Virus record (IMG/VR): IMGVR_UViG_2698536480_000001
Location: 1 to 32,093 of that record
Source of the DNA: a virus
Lineage: Duplodnaviria; Heunggongvirae; Uroviricota; Caudoviricetes
Strand: one strand, 5' to 3'
DNA: 32,093 bases
The translations under genes were made by a program, and so were the position numbers. This document shows positions 16,424 to 29,045 of this stretch, in pieces. Numbering within the stretch: position 1 is the first letter of the stretch; each line of letters begins with the position of its first letter. Below the pieces are notes generated by a model. That model ran no database searches. It worked only from the letters and a program-made list of their open reading frames with translations, and was not told the DNA's origin.

Positions 16424-18589
16424 ATGGCCGACGAAAACAGACTCAATTCCATTCTGTGTAAGTTTGACGCGGACTGGATGGCGAGCGATGAAGCCAGAAC
16501 CGAGGCGACAAATGACCTGTATTTTAGCCGAGTGTCGCAATGGGATGACTGGCTATCAAACTACACCACCCTGCAATATCGCGGACAATTCGATGTTGTT
16601 CGCCCGGTGGTCAGGAAGCTGGTCGCAGAGATGCGCCGGAACCCTATCGACGTTCTCTTCCGACCCAAAGACGGCGCTAATCCTGATGCAGCCGATGTGT
16701 TGATGGGGATGTATCGTACTGATATGCGCCATAATACGGCAAAAATTGCCGTTAACGTTGGCGTTCGTGAGCAGATAGAGTCAGGCGTTGGTGCATGGCG
16801 TCTGGTCACGCAGTACGAAGACAACGATCCAACAAGCAACAATCAGGTAATCCGACGCCTGCCAATCCATGAAGCCTGCTCACACGTCATATGGGACGCC
16901 AACAGCAAGCAGATGGATAAGAGCGACGCTAAGCACTGCACGGTGATTAACGCCTTGTCACGCAATGGCTGGAAAGAGTTCGCAGAGGATTACGGTATTG
17001 ATCCGGATACCTTGCCATCTTTCCAGAATCCGAACGACACATGGCTGTTTCCGTGGGTATCGAATGATGTCGTCTACGTCGCTGAGTATTACGAGGTAGA
17101 AGAGAAGAAGGAGAAAGTCTTCATCTACCGCGACCCGCTGACAGGTGAGCCGGTCAGCTATTACCAGCAGGATATCAAAGACGTCATCGACGACCTGGCT
17201 AATCGTGGATTCATTAAGGTAGCAGAGCGTAAGGTCAAGCGTCGGCGTGTGTATAAGTCGATCATCACCTGCACGCAGATACTGAAAGACCGCGAGAAGA
17301 TAGCTGGAGAGCATATCCCAATCGTTCCTGTGTACGGCGAATGGTCATTCGCTGGTGACAAGGAGTGCTACGAGGGCGTGGTAAGGCTGACGAAAGACGG
17401 TCAACGCCTTCGTAACATGATCATGTCGTTCAACGCCGATATTGTTGCTCGTTCACCGAAGAAGAAACCTACCTTCTTCCCTGAGCAAATCGAAGGCTAC
17501 GAATACATGTACGGTGGAAATGATGACTATCCGTACTATCTGCAGAACAGGACCGATGAAAACGGTAACGACCTGCCGATTGGTCCAATCTCCTACATGG
17601 AAAACCCTGAAGTGCCGCAAGCCAACGCTTACATGCTTGAGGCTGCCACCAACGCAGTGAAAGAGGTGGCTAGTCTTGGTGTGGATGCGCAGGCAGCAAA
17701 CTCTCAGGTCGCTTTCGATACCGTCAATCAACTGAACATGCGGGCAGATCTTGAGACATACGTGTTTCAGGATAACCTGGCTACTGCAATGCGACGTGAT
17801 GGCGAGATTTATGCCTCAATGGTCAACGATATTTATGACGTTCCTCGTCATGTAACGCTGACACTTGAAGATGGAAGCGAGAAAGACGTTCAACTCTATG
17901 CGCAAGTTGTCGATTATCAGTCCGGCAATGTGGTCACACTCAACGACATTCGTGGTCGCTATGAGTGCTATACGGACGTTGGGCCATCCTTCCAGAGCAT
18001 GAAGGAACAGAACCGCGCAGAGATTCAGGAGTTACTAACCAAGGTTCCGCAAGGTACTCCAGAGTTCCAGATGCTGATGCTGCAATACTTCACGCTGCTT
18101 GACGGTAAAGGCGTCGAGATGATGCGAGAGTACGCGAACAAGCAACTGGTGATGATGGGGCTGAAGAAACCAGAAACACCTGAAGAGATGGAGATGGTGC
18201 AGCAGGCACAACAACAGCCGCAGCAGCCATCAGCAGAGCAAATTCAGGCGCAGGGCATCCTTCTGCAAGGTCAGGCTGAATTGCTCAAGGCAGAGAACCA
18301 ACAGGCGCAGATTCAGGTTGAAGCTGCCAAGGTTGAAGCCCAGAACCAACTCAACGCCGCGAAGATTGCAGAAATCTTCAACAATATGGACCTCGACAAG
18401 CAGGCAGAACTGCGTGAGTACCTCAAGCTCGTAGGTCAATTCCAGCAACAGCGCAGCAAAGATGCTCGTGCTAACGCTGAGCTGCTTCTTAAAGATGCAG
18501 ACCAGACTCATTCACAACGCATGGATTTCGCGAATCTTATGCGTCAAGTTCAAATCCCCTCCGGCGGAGTAGCCGAGACACCTCAATAA
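16424..18589 (+). CDS. portal protein (P22 gp1-type)
   Basis: 721 aa; highly similar to P22 portal throughout, including the C-terminal Q-rich coiled-coil barrel segment. Confidence 0.95.
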   Translation: MADENRLNSILCKFDADWMASDEARTEATNDLYFSRVSQWDDWLSNYTTLQYRGQFDVVRPVVRKLVAEMRRNPIDVLFRPKDGANPDAADVLMGMYRTDMRHNTAKIAVNVGVREQIESGVGAWRLVTQYEDNDPTSNNQVIRRLPIHEACSHVIWDANSKQMDKSDAKHCTVINALSRNGWKEFAEDYGIDPDTLPSFQNPNDTWLFPWVSNDVVYVAEYYEVEEKKEKVFIYRDPLTGEPVSYYQQDIKDVIDDLANRGFIKVAERKVKRRRVYKSIITCTQILKDREKIAGEHIPIVPVYGEWSFAGDKECYEGVVRLTKDGQRLRNMIMSFNADIVARSPKKKPTFFPEQIEGYEYMYGGNDDYPYYLQNRTDENGNDLPIGPISYMENPEVPQANAYMLEAATNAVKEVASLGVDAQAANSQVAFDTVNQLNMRADLETYVFQDNLATAMRRDGEIYASMVNDIYDVPRHVTLTLEDGSEKDVQLYAQVVDYQSGNVVTLNDIRGRYECYTDVGPSFQSMKEQNRAEIQELLTKVPQGTPEFQMLMLQYFTLLDGKGVEMMREYANKQLVMMGLKKPETPEEMEMVQQAQQQPQQPSAEQIQAQGILLQGQAELLKAENQQAQIQVEAAKVEAQNQLNAAKIAEIFNNMDLDKQAELREYLKLVGQFQQQRSKDARANAELLLKDADQTHSQRMDFANLMRQVQIPSGGVAETPQ

Positions 18590-18602
18590 GAGAGAGTTAA
18601 TC

Positions 18603-19514
18603 ATGGACCAAACCACCGACATTCAGGCTTCTGAAGAATTAACCCTGCCTGGCAATCATGCAGCGGCATCTGCTGATGGCTTAGTTGTCGATAATGCCAA
18701 CGACAACGCAGGTCAGGAAGAAGGCTTCGAGATTGTCCTGAAAGACGATGAGAAACCAAAACAAGACCCGGCAACTAATGCTGAATTTGCCCGTCGCCGC
18801 ATCGAACGCAAACGCCAGCGTGAGCTTGAGCAGCAGATGGAAGCGGTTAAGCGTGGAGAGTTGCCGGAGCACCTGCGGGTGAACCCTGAGTTACCAAAAC
18901 AACCAGACCCTAACGATTATCTTTCCGAAGATGCACTGGCTAAGTACGACTATGACCAGAGCCGCGCACTGGCTGCCTTCCAGCAGGCAAACAGTGAATG
19001 GCAGATCAAGGCTATGGACGCACGAAGCCAGGCTGTCGCCGAGCAGGGTCGCAAAACTCAGGAGTTCACCCAGCAATCAGCGCAATACGTCGAGGCAGCC
19101 CGTAAGCACTACGACGCAGCGGAAAAGCTCAATATCCCTGACTATCAGGAGAAAGAGGATGCATTCATGCAACTGGTGCCGCCAGCAGTCGGTGCCGACA
19201 TCATGCGCCTCTTCCCGGAGAAATCCGCCGCTCTCATGTATCACCTTGGTGCTAATCCTGAGAAAACACGCCAGTTGCTGGCGATGGACGGGCAATCCGC
19301 GCTGATTGAACTCACTCGACTGTCAGAACGTTTAACTCTCAAGCCTCGAGCCAAACCTGTTTCAGAAGCCCCGCTACCTGATGAACCCATTCATGGACAC
19401 GCTGTTGCTGCAAATATATCTGCGATTGAAAAGCAGATGGAAGCGGCAGCAAACAAAGGGGATGTAGAGACATACCGCAAGCTCAAGGCGCAACTGAATA
19501 AAGGAATTCGATAA
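18603..19514 (+). CDS. scaffolding protein (P22 gp8-type)
   Basis: 303 aa; very similar to P22 gp8 (e.g. [55 protein letters not shown]). Confidence 0.92.
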   Translation: MDQTTDIQASEELTLPGNHAAASADGLVVDNANDNAGQEEGFEIVLKDDEKPKQDPATNAEFARRRIERKRQRELEQQMEAVKRGELPEHLRVNPELPKQPDPNDYLSEDALAKYDYDQSRALAAFQQANSEWQIKAMDARSQAVAEQGRKTQEFTQQSAQYVEAARKHYDAAEKLNIPDYQEKEDAFMQLVPPAVGADIMRLFPEKSAALMYHLGANPEKTRQLLAMDGQSALIELTRLSERLTLKPRAKPVSEAPLPDEPIHGHAVAANISAIEKQMEAAANKGDVETYRKLKAQLNKGIR

Positions 19515-20809
19515 TGGCATTAAATGAAGGTCAACTGGTCACGTATGCTCTGGATGAAATCATCGAAACCGTCCAGAACCTGACGCCAATGGCGTCCAAA
19601 GTGACAAAATACACCCCTCCGGCAGAATCCATGCAGCGTTCAAGCAACACCGTGTGGATGCCTGTTGAGCAGGAAGCGCCAACTCAGACTGGCTGGGATT
19701 TAACTGGCAACGCTACCGGGATTCTGGAACTCTCCGTGAAATGCAACATGGGCGATCCGGATAACGATTTCTTCGAACTTCGTGCAGATGACCTGCGTGA
19801 TGAGCGTTCTTACCGTCGCCGCATCCAGGCATCCGCCAAAAAACTGGCGAATAACATTGAGTCAGCGATTGCCAAACAGGCAACTGAAATGGGCTCGCTT
19901 GTTGTTCACGATACCCGCGCAATTGGTCCATCTACTGGCCTGTCTGGCTGGGATTTTGTGTCTGATGCAGAGCGCCTGATGTTCTCCCGTGAGCTAAACC
20001 GCGACATGGGCATCAGTTACTTCCTGAACCCTGACGATTACCGCAAAGCAGGCCGCAACCTGGTAGATGGTGACATCTTTGGGCGCGTTCCTGAAGAAGC
20101 GTATCGCAACGGTACTATTCAGCGTCAGATTGCTGGCTTTGATGAAATTCTTCGCTCACCGAAACTTCCGGCAGTTACCAAGTCAACCGCGACTGGTGTA
20201 ACTGTTTCTGGTGCGCAGAAGTTTAAGCCGCAGGCATACACCCTTGATACCGATGGTAACAAAGAGAACGTCGACAACCGTGTTGCAACGGTGACCGTAT
20301 CCTCCACCACCGGATTTAAGCGCGGCGACAAAATCAGCTTCACTGGTGTGAAATTCCTGTCTCAGATGGCGAAGAACGTGCTGACTGATGATGCTACTTT
20401 CTCAATCACCCGCGTGATCGATAGTACTCACATCGAAATCACGCCGAAGCCGATTGCACTGGATGACGCGTCACTGACAAAAGAAGAGAAGGCTTACGCT
20501 AACGTAAACACCTCTCTTGCTGATACCACTCCGGTAAACGTTCTGAACGTGGCAACAACAACCGCTAACGTGTTCTGGGCTGATGACTCAATCCGTCTGC
20601 TGTCTCAGCCGATCCCGGTAACCCATGAACTGTTTGCTGGCATGAAAACGTCTTCCTTCAGCATTCCTGGTATTGGTGTTAACGGCATCTTCGCAACGCA
20701 GGGTGATATCAACACTCTGTCTGGTAAGTGCCGTATTGCTGTGTGGTATTCAGCATGTGCTGTACGACCAGAGGCAATTGGTGTTGGTCTGCCTAACCAG
20801 ACCGCGTGA
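19514..20809 (+). CDS. major capsid (coat) protein (P22 gp5-type)
   Basis: 431 aa (P22 coat is 430 aa); highly similar, e.g. [11 protein letters not shown] and [31 protein letters not shown]. Confidence 0.95.
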   Translation: MALNEGQLVTYALDEIIETVQNLTPMASKVTKYTPPAESMQRSSNTVWMPVEQEAPTQTGWDLTGNATGILELSVKCNMGDPDNDFFELRADDLRDERSYRRRIQASAKKLANNIESAIAKQATEMGSLVVHDTRAIGPSTGLSGWDFVSDAERLMFSRELNRDMGISYFLNPDDYRKAGRNLVDGDIFGRVPEEAYRNGTIQRQIAGFDEILRSPKLPAVTKSTATGVTVSGAQKFKPQAYTLDTDGNKENVDNRVATVTVSSTTGFKRGDKISFTGVKFLSQMAKNVLTDDATFSITRVIDSTHIEITPKPIALDDASLTKEEKAYANVNTSLADTTPVNVLNVATTTANVFWADDSIRLLSQPIPVTHELFAGMKTSSFSIPGIGVNGIFATQGDINTLSGKCRIAVWYSACAVRPEAIGVGLPNQTA

Positions 20810-20815
20810 TAACCA

Positions 20816-20840
20816 GAGGGAGCTTCGGCTCCCTTTTCTA
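20816..20840 (+). terminator. intrinsic terminator downstream of the coat gene
   Basis: AGGGAGC-TTCG-GCTCCCT hairpin followed by TTTTCT, directly after the coat stop codon. Confidence 0.65.
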
Positions 20841-20852
20841 TTGGAGATACCA

Positions 20853-21446
20853 ATGAGCGTAATGATTTTTCAGGCTGGCGGAGATACCAAAATCTGGGGA
20901 CGCAAGCTGAAAACGAAAACCGTTGATCCTGATGATGTAGCTGTGCACTTAGCAAATGGCTGGTATAAGCACCCTGACGATGTTCCTGATGATCCTCTTG
21001 TTGGTGATCACATTAGGAGTGTTGGCGGAGGTGAAACTTCCCCAGTTGATATGGGCGAAGTGTCCGACGGTTATCACACTTTTAACGAGCTTTACGCTCA
21101 CCGAGTGCGCCTCTTCTCATCGCTGATGCATGCTTACGCTGAGCTTTCGTGGTGGTCTCGCAAACACAGTGACGGTGAAGAGTGGGATGGCTGGATCATT
21201 GCTGGTATCACCACTCCAGAAGGCGAAATCACTTATCACCTACCTGTTGAAGAAATCGAGTTCCTTCCTGAAGGTACTGAGCTTGAGTTCGGGAAAGAGT
21301 GGGATGGTCATGAAGCAAATGATGTTCTTGGACGACTCCTGAGTTTGCGTCCGGCTATTGCAGAGCCAGAGCCAGAAGAAAAACAGCGTAAAAAGCCTGG
21401 TCGAAAACCTAAGGCGGCAGCAGATGAACCTGACAACGAAGGGTGA
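20853..21446 (+). CDS. hypothetical protein encoded between coat and gp4 (197 aa, acidic with a basic AT-hook-like tail)
   Basis: ATG at 20853 with SD GGAGA 5 nt upstream; C-terminus [22 protein letters not shown]; overlaps the gp4 start by 23 nt. Not part of the canonical P22 gene order. Confidence 0.7.
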   Translation: MSVMIFQAGGDTKIWGRKLKTKTVDPDDVAVHLANGWYKHPDDVPDDPLVGDHIRSVGGGETSPVDMGEVSDGYHTFNELYAHRVRLFSSLMHAYAELSWWSRKHSDGEEWDGWIIAGITTPEGEITYHLPVEEIEFLPEGTELEFGKEWDGHEANDVLGRLLSLRPAIAEPEPEEKQRKKPGRKPKAAADEPDNEG

Positions 21447-21924
21447 TTTAGTCCTTGCGGCATTACGTAAGCTCGGTGTGGCATCAAATGCCACGTTAAC
21501 AGATGTCGAACCGCAGTCTATGGAAGACGGCGTCAACGACCTTGAAATGATGATGGCTGAATGGATTGGCGGTGATGCGTCACCTGGTATCAACGTTGGC
21601 TACATTTTTGCTGATGCAGATGTTGCTCCGGATCCGGGCGATGAGCACGGTTTATCAAATAACGCTATCAATGCCGTCATTTTCAACCTTGCCTGCCGCA
21701 TTGCTCCAGATTATGCGCTGGAAGCGTCTGCAAAACTTATAACCACTGCCAGATACGGGAAAGAGCGACTCGTCAAACTGTCTGCAATGGATAGGGCAAA
21801 AGCCGCTAAATGTAAGTCCGGTTATCCAAACCGTATGCCTGTTGGTAGCGGTAACCAGTTGGCGAAGTGGAACGGTTGGAATTACTTCCACCGGAAGGAA
21901 CCTTGCGATAACGGGAGCGAATAA
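21424..21924 (+). CDS. head completion / portal-ring tail adaptor protein (P22 gp4-type)
   Basis: 166 aa from the ATG at 21424; [29 protein letters not shown] matches the P22 gp4 N-terminus. Confidence 0.85.
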   Translation: MNLTTKGDLVLAALRKLGVASNATLTDVEPQSMEDGVNDLEMMMAEWIGGDASPGINVGYIFADADVAPDPGDEHGLSNNAINAVIFNLACRIAPDYALEASAKLITTARYGKERLVKLSAMDRAKAAKCKSGYPNRMPVGSGNQLAKWNGWNYFHRKEPCDNGSE

Positions 21925-23343
21925 ATGCCGATTCAGCAACTTCCGCTTATGAAAGGTGTCGGCAAAGACTTTCGAAACGCCGACTATATCGACTATCTGC
22001 CAGTGAATATGCTGGCTACACCCAAAGAAATCCTCAACAGCAGCGGATATCTTCGCTCATTCCCGGGCATTGCCAAACGTTCCGACGTGAACGGCGTATC
22101 GCGGGGCGTCGAGTACAACATGGCGCAGAATGCTGTTTATCGCGTGTGTGGTGGCAAGCTGTATAAGGGCGAAAGTGAAGTCGGTGATGTTGCCGGAAGT
22201 GGTCGCGTATCAATGGCGCATGGTCGGACATCACAGGCGGTAGGCGTTAATGGTCAACTGGTCGAGTATCGTTATGATGGCACGGTTAAAACCGTCTCAA
22301 ACTGGCCTACAGACAGCGGATTCACTCAGTATGAGTTAGGTTCGGTTCGTGACATTACGCGCTTACGTGGGCGTTATGCGTGGTCAAAAGACGGAACTGA
22401 TTCATGGTTTATCACTGACCTTGAAGACGAATCGCACCCTGACAGATACAGCGCACAATATCGCGCAGAATCGCAGCCTGACGGCATCATCGGCATCGGA
22501 ACATGGCGAGACTTCATCGTCTGCTTTGGTTCATCGACGATTGAATATTTTTCCTTGACTGGTGCAACCACTGTTGGTGCCGCTTTGTATGTCGCACAGC
22601 CATCGCTGATGGTGCAGAAAGGCATTGCCGGAACTTACTGCAAAACGCCGTTTGCTGATTCGTATGCGTTCATCAGCAATCCGGCAACGGGTGCGCCGTC
22701 TGTATACATCATCGGCTCAGGTCAGGCATCACCAATCGCCAGCGCGAGCATTGAGAAAATCCTCCGCTCCTACACTGCTGATGAACTGGCTGATGGTGTG
22801 ATGGAATCGCTGCGGTTTGATGCTCATGAGTTGCTGATTATCCATCTTCCGCGTCACGTCCTCGTGTACGACGCATCTTCAAGTGCCAATGGTCCGCAAT
22901 GGTGTGTGCTGAAAACAGGCCTGTATGACGATGTGTACCGCGCTATCGACTTCATTTACGAAGGCAATCAGATAACGTGTGGCGATAAGCTGGAGTCCGT
23001 GACCGGGAAATTGCAATTCGACATCAGCAGCCAGTACGACAAGCAACAGGAACACCTGCTGTTTACTCCGTTGTTCAAAGCGGATAACGCCAGAGTGTTC
23101 GACCTTGAGGTTGAGTCGTCAACTGGCGTTGCGCAGTATGCTGACCGCCTTTTTCTCTCTGCAACCACTGACGGCATCAATTACGGGCGTGAGCAGATGA
23201 TTGAGCAGAATGAACCGTTCGTTTACGACAAACGCGTTTTGTGGAAGAAAGTAGGGCGCATCAGGAAAAACATTGGCTTCAAATTGCGCGTTATCACGAA
23301 GTCACCTGTCACTCTGTCTGGCGCTCAGATAAGGATTGAGTAA
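21925..23343 (+). CDS. tail hub protein (P22 gp10-type)
   Basis: 472 aa, the same length and position as P22 gp10. Confidence 0.9.
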   Translation: MPIQQLPLMKGVGKDFRNADYIDYLPVNMLATPKEILNSSGYLRSFPGIAKRSDVNGVSRGVEYNMAQNAVYRVCGGKLYKGESEVGDVAGSGRVSMAHGRTSQAVGVNGQLVEYRYDGTVKTVSNWPTDSGFTQYELGSVRDITRLRGRYAWSKDGTDSWFITDLEDESHPDRYSAQYRAESQPDGIIGIGTWRDFIVCFGSSTIEYFSLTGATTVGAALYVAQPSLMVQKGIAGTYCKTPFADSYAFISNPATGAPSVYIIGSGQASPIASASIEKILRSYTADELADGVMESLRFDAHELLIIHLPRHVLVYDASSSANGPQWCVLKTGLYDDVYRAIDFIYEGNQITCGDKLESVTGKLQFDISSQYDKQQEHLLFTPLFKADNARVFDLEVESSTGVAQYADRLFLSATTDGINYGREQMIEQNEPFVYDKRVLWKKVGRIRKNIGFKLRVITKSPVTLSGAQIRIE

Positions 23344-24191
23344 TGGCGGATTCGAATCTCAATGTGCCGGTAATCATTCAGGCTACACGACTCGACACAT
23401 CAGTCCTTCCGCGTAATATCTTCTCGCAGTCATATCTGCTGTACGTTATTGCACAGGGTACTGATGTTGGTAATGTGGCTAACAAGGCCAACGAGGCCGG
23501 ACAGGGCGCTTATGACGCACAAGTCAGGAACGATGAGCAGGATGTGATTCTCGCTGACCATGAGCAGCGAATTTCTGCTGCGGAAGCAACGCTTGTTAAT
23601 CATGAGGAGCGAATCAGCCAGGCAGAATCAACTCTTCAGGAACATGAAACGCGAATCGCTCAGAATGAAAGCGATATTGCGTCGCTTGATACCAGAGTTC
23701 AGTCGCTGGAATCGCAGGTTTCAGACCATGAAACGCGCATCGATGCTCTTGAGTATGCCACTACGCGCAAGAAGTCAGAGGTTGTTTACTCTGGCGTATC
23801 TGTAACCATCCCGACAGCGCCGACCAACCTTGTTAGCCTGCTGAAAACGCTCACGCCGTCATCCGGCACGTTGGCACCATTCTTCGATACCGTTAACAAC
23901 AAGATGGTTGTGTTCAACGAGAACAAAACCTTGTTCTTCAAGCTGTCGATCGTCGGGACGTGGCCCAGCGGAACCGCCAACAGGTCAATGCAACTAACAT
24001 TTTCCGGTTCTGTTCCTGACACACTTGTAAGCAGTCGTAACTCGGCGACAACGACCGATAACATCCTGTTAGCTACGTTCTTCAGCGTGGATAAAGACGG
24101 CTTTCTTGCCACAAATGGCAGTACGTTAACCATTCAGTCAAATGGGGCGGCGTTTACTGCCACAACCATCAAAATCATTGCGGAGCAGTGA
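23343..24191 (+). CDS. tail needle protein (gp26-type, with extended C-terminal domain)
   Basis: 282 aa; N-terminus [43 protein letters not shown] matches the gp26 hub-binding domain; central coiled coil built from tandem 14-aa repeats; C-terminal domain of about 140 aa unlike P22. Confidence 0.85.
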   Translation: MADSNLNVPVIIQATRLDTSVLPRNIFSQSYLLYVIAQGTDVGNVANKANEAGQGAYDAQVRNDEQDVILADHEQRISAAEATLVNHEERISQAESTLQEHETRIAQNESDIASLDTRVQSLESQVSDHETRIDALEYATTRKKSEVVYSGVSVTIPTAPTNLVSLLKTLTPSSGTLAPFFDTVNNKMVVFNENKTLFFKLSIVGTWPSGTANRSMQLTFSGSVPDTLVSSRNSATTTDNILLATFFSVDKDGFLATNGSTLTIQSNGAAFTATTIKIIAEQ

Positions 24192-24658
24192 TGGAAATAA
24201 AGCTCATCGATAATCCGGTGAAGCTTGCAGAATTCCTCAACAACCCGGCAAACACGGGAAATATCGTAGATAGTGGAGACAAATACTACATCAAGCCTGA
24301 TGCGGTATATCTCGGCATCTACGAAGGATTAGTGCTGGCTGGAGTTCATGAAGTTCGTAACTTCTGGCATAGCGTTGTGGAATGCCATGCGGTGTATGAC
24401 CCCGGATTCCGTGGCGAATATGCACTACAAGGGCATCGATTATTCTGCAGATGGCTTCTCGAAAACTCACCATTCCTTAACAGCATCACCATGGTTCCTG
24501 ACACCACCAAATACGGACGGGCAATTATCCGTTTGCTTGGCGCTACCCGTGTTGGTCACCTTGATGATGCGTACATGAGTAACGGAAAACCGGTAGGAAT
24601 CACCCTCTATCAATTACCTCGTTCGAAATATGAGGAGCTATTAAATGTTAGTACTTAG
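24188..24658 (+). CDS. ejection/assembly protein (P22 gp14-type)
   Basis: 156-aa ORF in the gp14 position, translationally coupled to gp26 and gp7. Confidence 0.8.
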   Translation: MMEIKLIDNPVKLAEFLNNPANTGNIVDSGDKYYIKPDAVYLGIYEGLVLAGVHEVRNFWHSVVECHAVYDPGFRGEYALQGHRLFCRWLLENSPFLNSITMVPDTTKYGRAIIRLLGATRVGHLDDAYMSNGKPVGITLYQLPRSKYEELLNVST

Positions 24659-25304
24659 CGAAAGCTTCAAGAATAAATTGCTTCCCATGAATGGGTATAT
24701 GAAAGGCGGCAGCGACTCCGGATCTAAAGCCCAGGCACGCGCAACTGAAAAGGGCATCGAACTGCAGCGTGAAATGTGGCAGACGAACATGCAAAACCTT
24801 GCACCGTTCACGCCACTCGCTCAGCAGTACGTATCACAGTTGCAGAATCTTTCCTCTCTTCAGGGGCAAGGTCAGGCGCTTAACCAGTATTACAACTCCC
24901 AGCAGTATAAAGACCTTGCAGGGCAGGCGCGCTATCAGAGTCTGGCAGCAGCAGAGGCAACGGGTGGATTAGGCTCTACAGCAACAGGAAACCAGTTAGC
25001 AGCAATCGCACCTACACTCGGTCAAAACTGGCTTTCAGGTCAGATGAACAACTACAACAATCTGGCAAATATCGGCCTTGGTGCTCTTACAGGTCAGGCA
25101 AACGCCGGACAGAACTACGCTAACAATGTCAGCCAATTGTATCAACAGCAGGCGGCAGCATCGGCAGCAAATGCGAATAAACCATCAGGATTTCAGAGCG
25201 CCTTGAGTGGAGCGGCAGCAGGTGCAGCTGCAGGTACTGCAATCATGCCTGGTTGGGGTACAGCAATTGGTGCTGGCGTCGGTCTTCTTGGTTCACTTTT
25301 TTAA
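24645..25304 (+). CDS. ejection protein (P22 gp7-type)
   Basis: 219 aa; Q/N/A/G-rich low-complexity protein in the gp7 position. Confidence 0.8.
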   Translation: MLVLSESFKNKLLPMNGYMKGGSDSGSKAQARATEKGIELQREMWQTNMQNLAPFTPLAQQYVSQLQNLSSLQGQGQALNQYYNSQQYKDLAGQARYQSLAAAEATGGLGSTATGNQLAAIAPTLGQNWLSGQMNNYNNLANIGLGALTGQANAGQNYANNVSQLYQQQAAASAANANKPSGFQSALSGAAAGAAAGTAIMPGWGTAIGAGVGLLGSLF

Positions 25305-25316
25305 TGGAGGTGTCTC

Positions 25317-26729
25317 TTGGCTACATGGCAACAGGCTGGTAATTCAGGCGCGCTTCTTGCCGGGTTAGGCGGCATGAACTCCAACGCTCCAAGAGCAAGT
25401 GATGCAGACGCCACGCTTGCATACATTCGACAGAATAACGAGATGGAGCGTTCAGGACGTAATAACGTTGGCTTGCAGGCTTTGCAGGGCATTTCATCTG
25501 TCATGGATATGTATAAGCAGATGGATCAGCAGAATCGACAGCAAGAGTTTCAGCAGGCTTATGCTGATGCATATACATCTGGTGACCGCGATGCAATGCG
25601 AAAACTGGCATCACAGTATCCTGAGCAGTTTGACGTTGTAAGAAACGGCATGAAATTTGTCGATGAAGACCAGCGTTCCACTGTCGGTACACTGGCAGCA
25701 AGTGCCAGACTCGCAGCTTCATCTCCAGAAGCCATGATGTCATGGTTGCAGAACAACTCATCTGAGCTTACTCGTGCCGGAGTAGACCCTCTGGATGTGG
25801 CGAAAATGTATCAGCAAAATCCACAAGGTTTCACAGAGTTTGTTGATCACCTTGGAATGGCTGCTCTTGGTCCGATTGATTACTTCAATGTTCAGGACAA
25901 GATGGCTGGTCGTGAAATTGACCGAGGCAGGCTGGCAGAGACAATCCGCAGCAATCAGGCTGGTGAAGCACTTCAGGCGAGAAGGCAAAACCTTTCCTAT
26001 CAGTCAGCAATGACTGGGCACAATATCGCAGCACAACGCTTGGCTCTGGATCAGCAAGAGTTCGGGTTTAAGATGCAGCAAGCGCAGGAAAAGGCTCAGC
26101 AGTTGATTAGCGAAGCACCTAAGCTGTCAGTAAACATGGAAAAAGGCATCGAGACGGCTGTAAACAATGCCACAGCATCATCAAACTCAGCCAATTCTAT
26201 GAGTGCGCTTGCTCAACAGTTCAGAGCAGAAAAACCAACGACAGGTTTGTTCGGTAACGCACAGAACATGTTCGCAAAACTTACCGGAAGCGATACGACA
26301 TTGCGTGATTTGCGCATTCGCCAAAATGCCCTTGTTAACAGTCAGGTTCTTAAATTCCTACCTCCCGGCCCAGCAACGGATAAAGACGTTGAGATCGTTC
26401 GACAGGGTGCGCCAACTGACATGGATAACCCTGAGACGGTCGCAAGATGGCTTGATGCAATGGCAAACCTTGAGCGACGAAACGCGCAGTTTAATGAGTT
26501 TAAAGCTGAGTGGATGAGCGCGAATGGCAACCCTGGACAATCGCGTAATGGCGGTCAGATATTGGGGTTGGATGTTAAAAAAGGTGAATCATTGGGGAGT
26601 GCCGTTAAGCGGTATATGTCAATGAATACTGACGCAGCACCAGCGCAAGATTCGACACCTTCAGGAGAACCACGGAATCAGGTTGGATCATATACCTCAA
26701 AATCAGGCATTCAATTTACGGTGGAATGA
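25317..26729 (+). CDS. ejection protein (P22 gp20-type)
   Basis: 470 aa (P22 gp20 is 471 aa); TTG start at 25317 with SD GGAGG 6 nt upstream. Confidence 0.85.
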   Translation: MATWQQAGNSGALLAGLGGMNSNAPRASDADATLAYIRQNNEMERSGRNNVGLQALQGISSVMDMYKQMDQQNRQQEFQQAYADAYTSGDRDAMRKLASQYPEQFDVVRNGMKFVDEDQRSTVGTLAASARLAASSPEAMMSWLQNNSSELTRAGVDPLDVAKMYQQNPQGFTEFVDHLGMAALGPIDYFNVQDKMAGREIDRGRLAETIRSNQAGEALQARRQNLSYQSAMTGHNIAAQRLALDQQEFGFKMQQAQEKAQQLISEAPKLSVNMEKGIETAVNNATASSNSANSMSALAQQFRAEKPTTGLFGNAQNMFAKLTGSDTTLRDLRIRQNALVNSQVLKFLPPGPATDKDVEIVRQGAPTDMDNPETVARWLDAMANLERRNAQFNEFKAEWMSANGNPGQSRNGGQILGLDVKKGESLGSAVKRYMSMNTDAAPAQDSTPSGEPRNQVGSYTSKSGIQFTVE

Positions 26730-28567
26730 TGAAAGTAACTGCAAACGGTAAGACATTTACCTTCCCTGATGGTACGAGCACGGAAGATATTGGATCTGCC
26801 ATTGATGAGTATTTTGCTGGACAGTCTGTTCAGCAACAAACTGTCAGCCAGGATAGCAATGAACCAGCACGTGAAGAACCATCATTGATGCAACAAGCTG
26901 GCGATTGGCTCACTGGTGGTCAAAGTGCAGGGCAAATTGCAGAACAGGCTGGTCGTGGTCTGGTAAACATACCATTTGACGTATTGCAGGGTGGCGCAAG
27001 TCTGATTAATGCAATCAGTCAGGGGCTTGGTGGACCCAAGGTTTTGGATGATGTTTATCGTCCAGTAGACAGACCGACAGACCCCTACGCGCAAGCCGGT
27101 GAAACAATTGGTGGGTATTTAGTTCCAGGAGTTGGAACGGCAGGAAGCATGGCTATTGGCTCACTGGCAGAGGCTGCAAATCAGAAAGGCGATTTCGCAC
27201 AAAATGCAGCAAGAAACGCCGGAGTTAACCTTGCCGCTCAGGGGGTTCTTTCCGCAGCAGCAAAGGGAATAGGGCGTGGAATAACGGCTATAAAAGGTGA
27301 TATTGCGCCAGAAGTGGCGAAGAAAATTGCCACATCAGAATCGATGGGCGTGACACCAATGACATCTGATGTTATCCCGCCGAAAAATGCTTTCACTCGC
27401 GGCCTTACTCAGGATGCCGAGGGGGCTTTGCTCGGGACAGGCTCAAAGAGAGCGGAGCAATATGCAACGCGTAGTAAGCTGGTAAGCAATTATTTTGACC
27501 GTTTTGGTGAGTACAACCCTGATGATGTGGTGAAATCTCTGACCACCACGTTAAGGGGGCGGAAGGATGCCGCTGGCGCTGTTATCAATGACGTCACCAA
27601 TAAAATGGGTAATGCCGCAGTTGATACCACAAATACCATGAATGCTCTGAATACAGCGATCGCAAGACAGGAACGGCTTGGGACTTCAGCCAATCAAAGC
27701 CTGCTTACATCCTTGCGTAACCTACGTGAAGAATTAGCAAACCCTGCAACTGATTTGGATGTTACGTTTGATCTCTTGCGTCAGCACAGAACAGCATTTA
27801 GATCTAATGTTCAGGGAGATTCTATGGTCTTCCCCAACCAGGCAAAAGCAGCTACCAATATGGTAGAGAATGCAATGTCAAAAGACCTTCGTAACGCAGT
27901 TGCAAAAAACCTCGGTGCGTCAGACGCAGCAAAATACCTTAAAGCAAATTCCGATTATGCAAACGTTTATAATAAGGTGCTTAATAAAAACATTGCTAAC
28001 AAGCTCAACAAGGCAAGCAGTGAAGCCAGTCCTGAACTTATAAATACCGTTGTATTAAGCAGAAAGCCATCTGACGTGAAACGAATCTGGAGCGCATTGG
28101 ATGATAAAGGGAAAGATGCTATGCGTGCAGCTTACGTCAGCAAAATAGCGGAAAAGGCCGGTGACTCTCCAGCCAAGTTCATCACTGAAGTTAATAAGCT
28201 TAAATCTCAGTCAGGCGGTGAAATTTACAACACTATTTTTTCTGGAAAGCACATGAAAGAGCTTGATGCTCTTCATGAAGTTCTACAGCAAACAGCAAGG
28301 TCAGACACCGCAAATGTAGTAACTCAGACGGGGCAATCACAAGCCAACAGGATAAGGACGATTGGCGCAACTGCGACTCTTGGAGTATCAATGGGGCTTG
28401 AGGCTGGCTTTGGTGCAATGATGCGTTTGTATGAGTCCAAAGCCGCAAGGAATATGCTTCTTCGTTTGGCAAACACCAAAGCAGGAACACCAGCCTATGA
28501 AAGAGCGCTAAATAACGCTGCGAATGCCATCAGACCGCTGTTTGCTACTGAGGCAACACAGCAGTAA
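26726..28567 (+). CDS. ejection protein (P22 gp16-type)
   Basis: 613 aa (P22 gp16 is 609 aa); last gene of the virion operon before the immI-type region. Confidence 0.85.
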   Translation: MMKVTANGKTFTFPDGTSTEDIGSAIDEYFAGQSVQQQTVSQDSNEPAREEPSLMQQAGDWLTGGQSAGQIAEQAGRGLVNIPFDVLQGGASLINAISQGLGGPKVLDDVYRPVDRPTDPYAQAGETIGGYLVPGVGTAGSMAIGSLAEAANQKGDFAQNAARNAGVNLAAQGVLSAAAKGIGRGITAIKGDIAPEVAKKIATSESMGVTPMTSDVIPPKNAFTRGLTQDAEGALLGTGSKRAEQYATRSKLVSNYFDRFGEYNPDDVVKSLTTTLRGRKDAAGAVINDVTNKMGNAAVDTTNTMNALNTAIARQERLGTSANQSLLTSLRNLREELANPATDLDVTFDLLRQHRTAFRSNVQGDSMVFPNQAKAATNMVENAMSKDLRNAVAKNLGASDAAKYLKANSDYANVYNKVLNKNIANKLNKASSEASPELINTVVLSRKPSDVKRIWSALDDKGKDAMRAAYVSKIAEKAGDSPAKFITEVNKLKSQSGGEIYNTIFSGKHMKELDALHEVLQQTARSDTANVVTQTGQSQANRIRTIGATATLGVSMGLEAGFGAMMRLYESKAARNMLLRLANTKAGTPAYERALNNAANAIRPLFATEATQQ

Positions 28568-28591
28568 CGTATGGGAAATTGGATTCAATCG

Positions 28592-28981
28592 CTAACATTT
28601 TCTTTTTACTTTTCCAACAAAAGCTTTGGTTGAATCCATATTTCCATAACCGGAAATGGTTTTTGACATTAAAACTGTTCCAGTAGGATGTATTACCCAT
28701 GAGTCGATAACGCGTTGAGTTTCGCCATTCGCGCCGATTCCTATGATGGAGTTTTTAGACAATGCTTTGTAAGCCATGCCGCCCGCATCTGTCCCAGAAT
28801 ATGTGATGCTGGCATCTTCACCGCTTGTCTTAATGATGAATGTTCCACTAAAACCATCTTCTTCCGGATGGAAATTATTTCGTTCTGAATAGCTTATTCC
28901 GCGCATATCTCCAACGACCCAGCACTCTGCTGTAGCCCCAAAAGATATGAATAAGAACATAGCAGCAAGAAATTGCTTCAC
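28592..28981 (-). CDS. secreted (signal-peptide) protein of unknown function at the sieA-equivalent locus
   Basis: GTG start at 28981 with SD AAGGAGG 5 nt upstream (track ATG at 29056 is further upstream); N-terminus MKQFLAAMFLFISFGATA-E looks like a Sec signal peptide; mature protein about 110 aa with Cys near both ends; convergent with gp16. Confidence 0.7.
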   Translation of the reverse strand: MKQFLAAMFLFISFGATAECWVVGDMRGISYSERNNFHPEEDGFSGTFIIKTSGEDASITYSGTDAGGMAYKALSKNSIIGIGANGETQRVIDSWVIHPTGTVLMSKTISGYGNMDSTKAFVGKVKRKC

Positions 28982-29045
28982 ACCAACCTCCTTAGTTTTG
29001 AGCAGGATACCAGATGATAATGTGTAGTTGGAGTAGCGCGGTTGT

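Noticed and set aside
17161-17731. Several 60-120-aa ORFs on the - strand within the portal gene
   Set aside because: Antisense frames inside a well-supported large CDS; no start or RBS context.
20673-20852. Track ORF start at 20673 extending the coat-gp4 ORF upstream
   Set aside because: The upstream extension overlaps the coat gene 3' end and crosses the coat terminator; the ATG at 20853 with its own RBS is the credible start.
23346-23362. GGATTCGAATC motif resembling a tRNA T-arm
   Set aside because: It is in frame inside the tail needle coding sequence (MADSNLN) with no surrounding cloverleaf; no tRNA is present.
24645-26729. Low-complexity Q/A/N/G-rich stretches in the gp7 and gp20 region
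   Set aside because: Characteristic composition of P22-family ejection proteins, not a mobile-element or satellite repeat.
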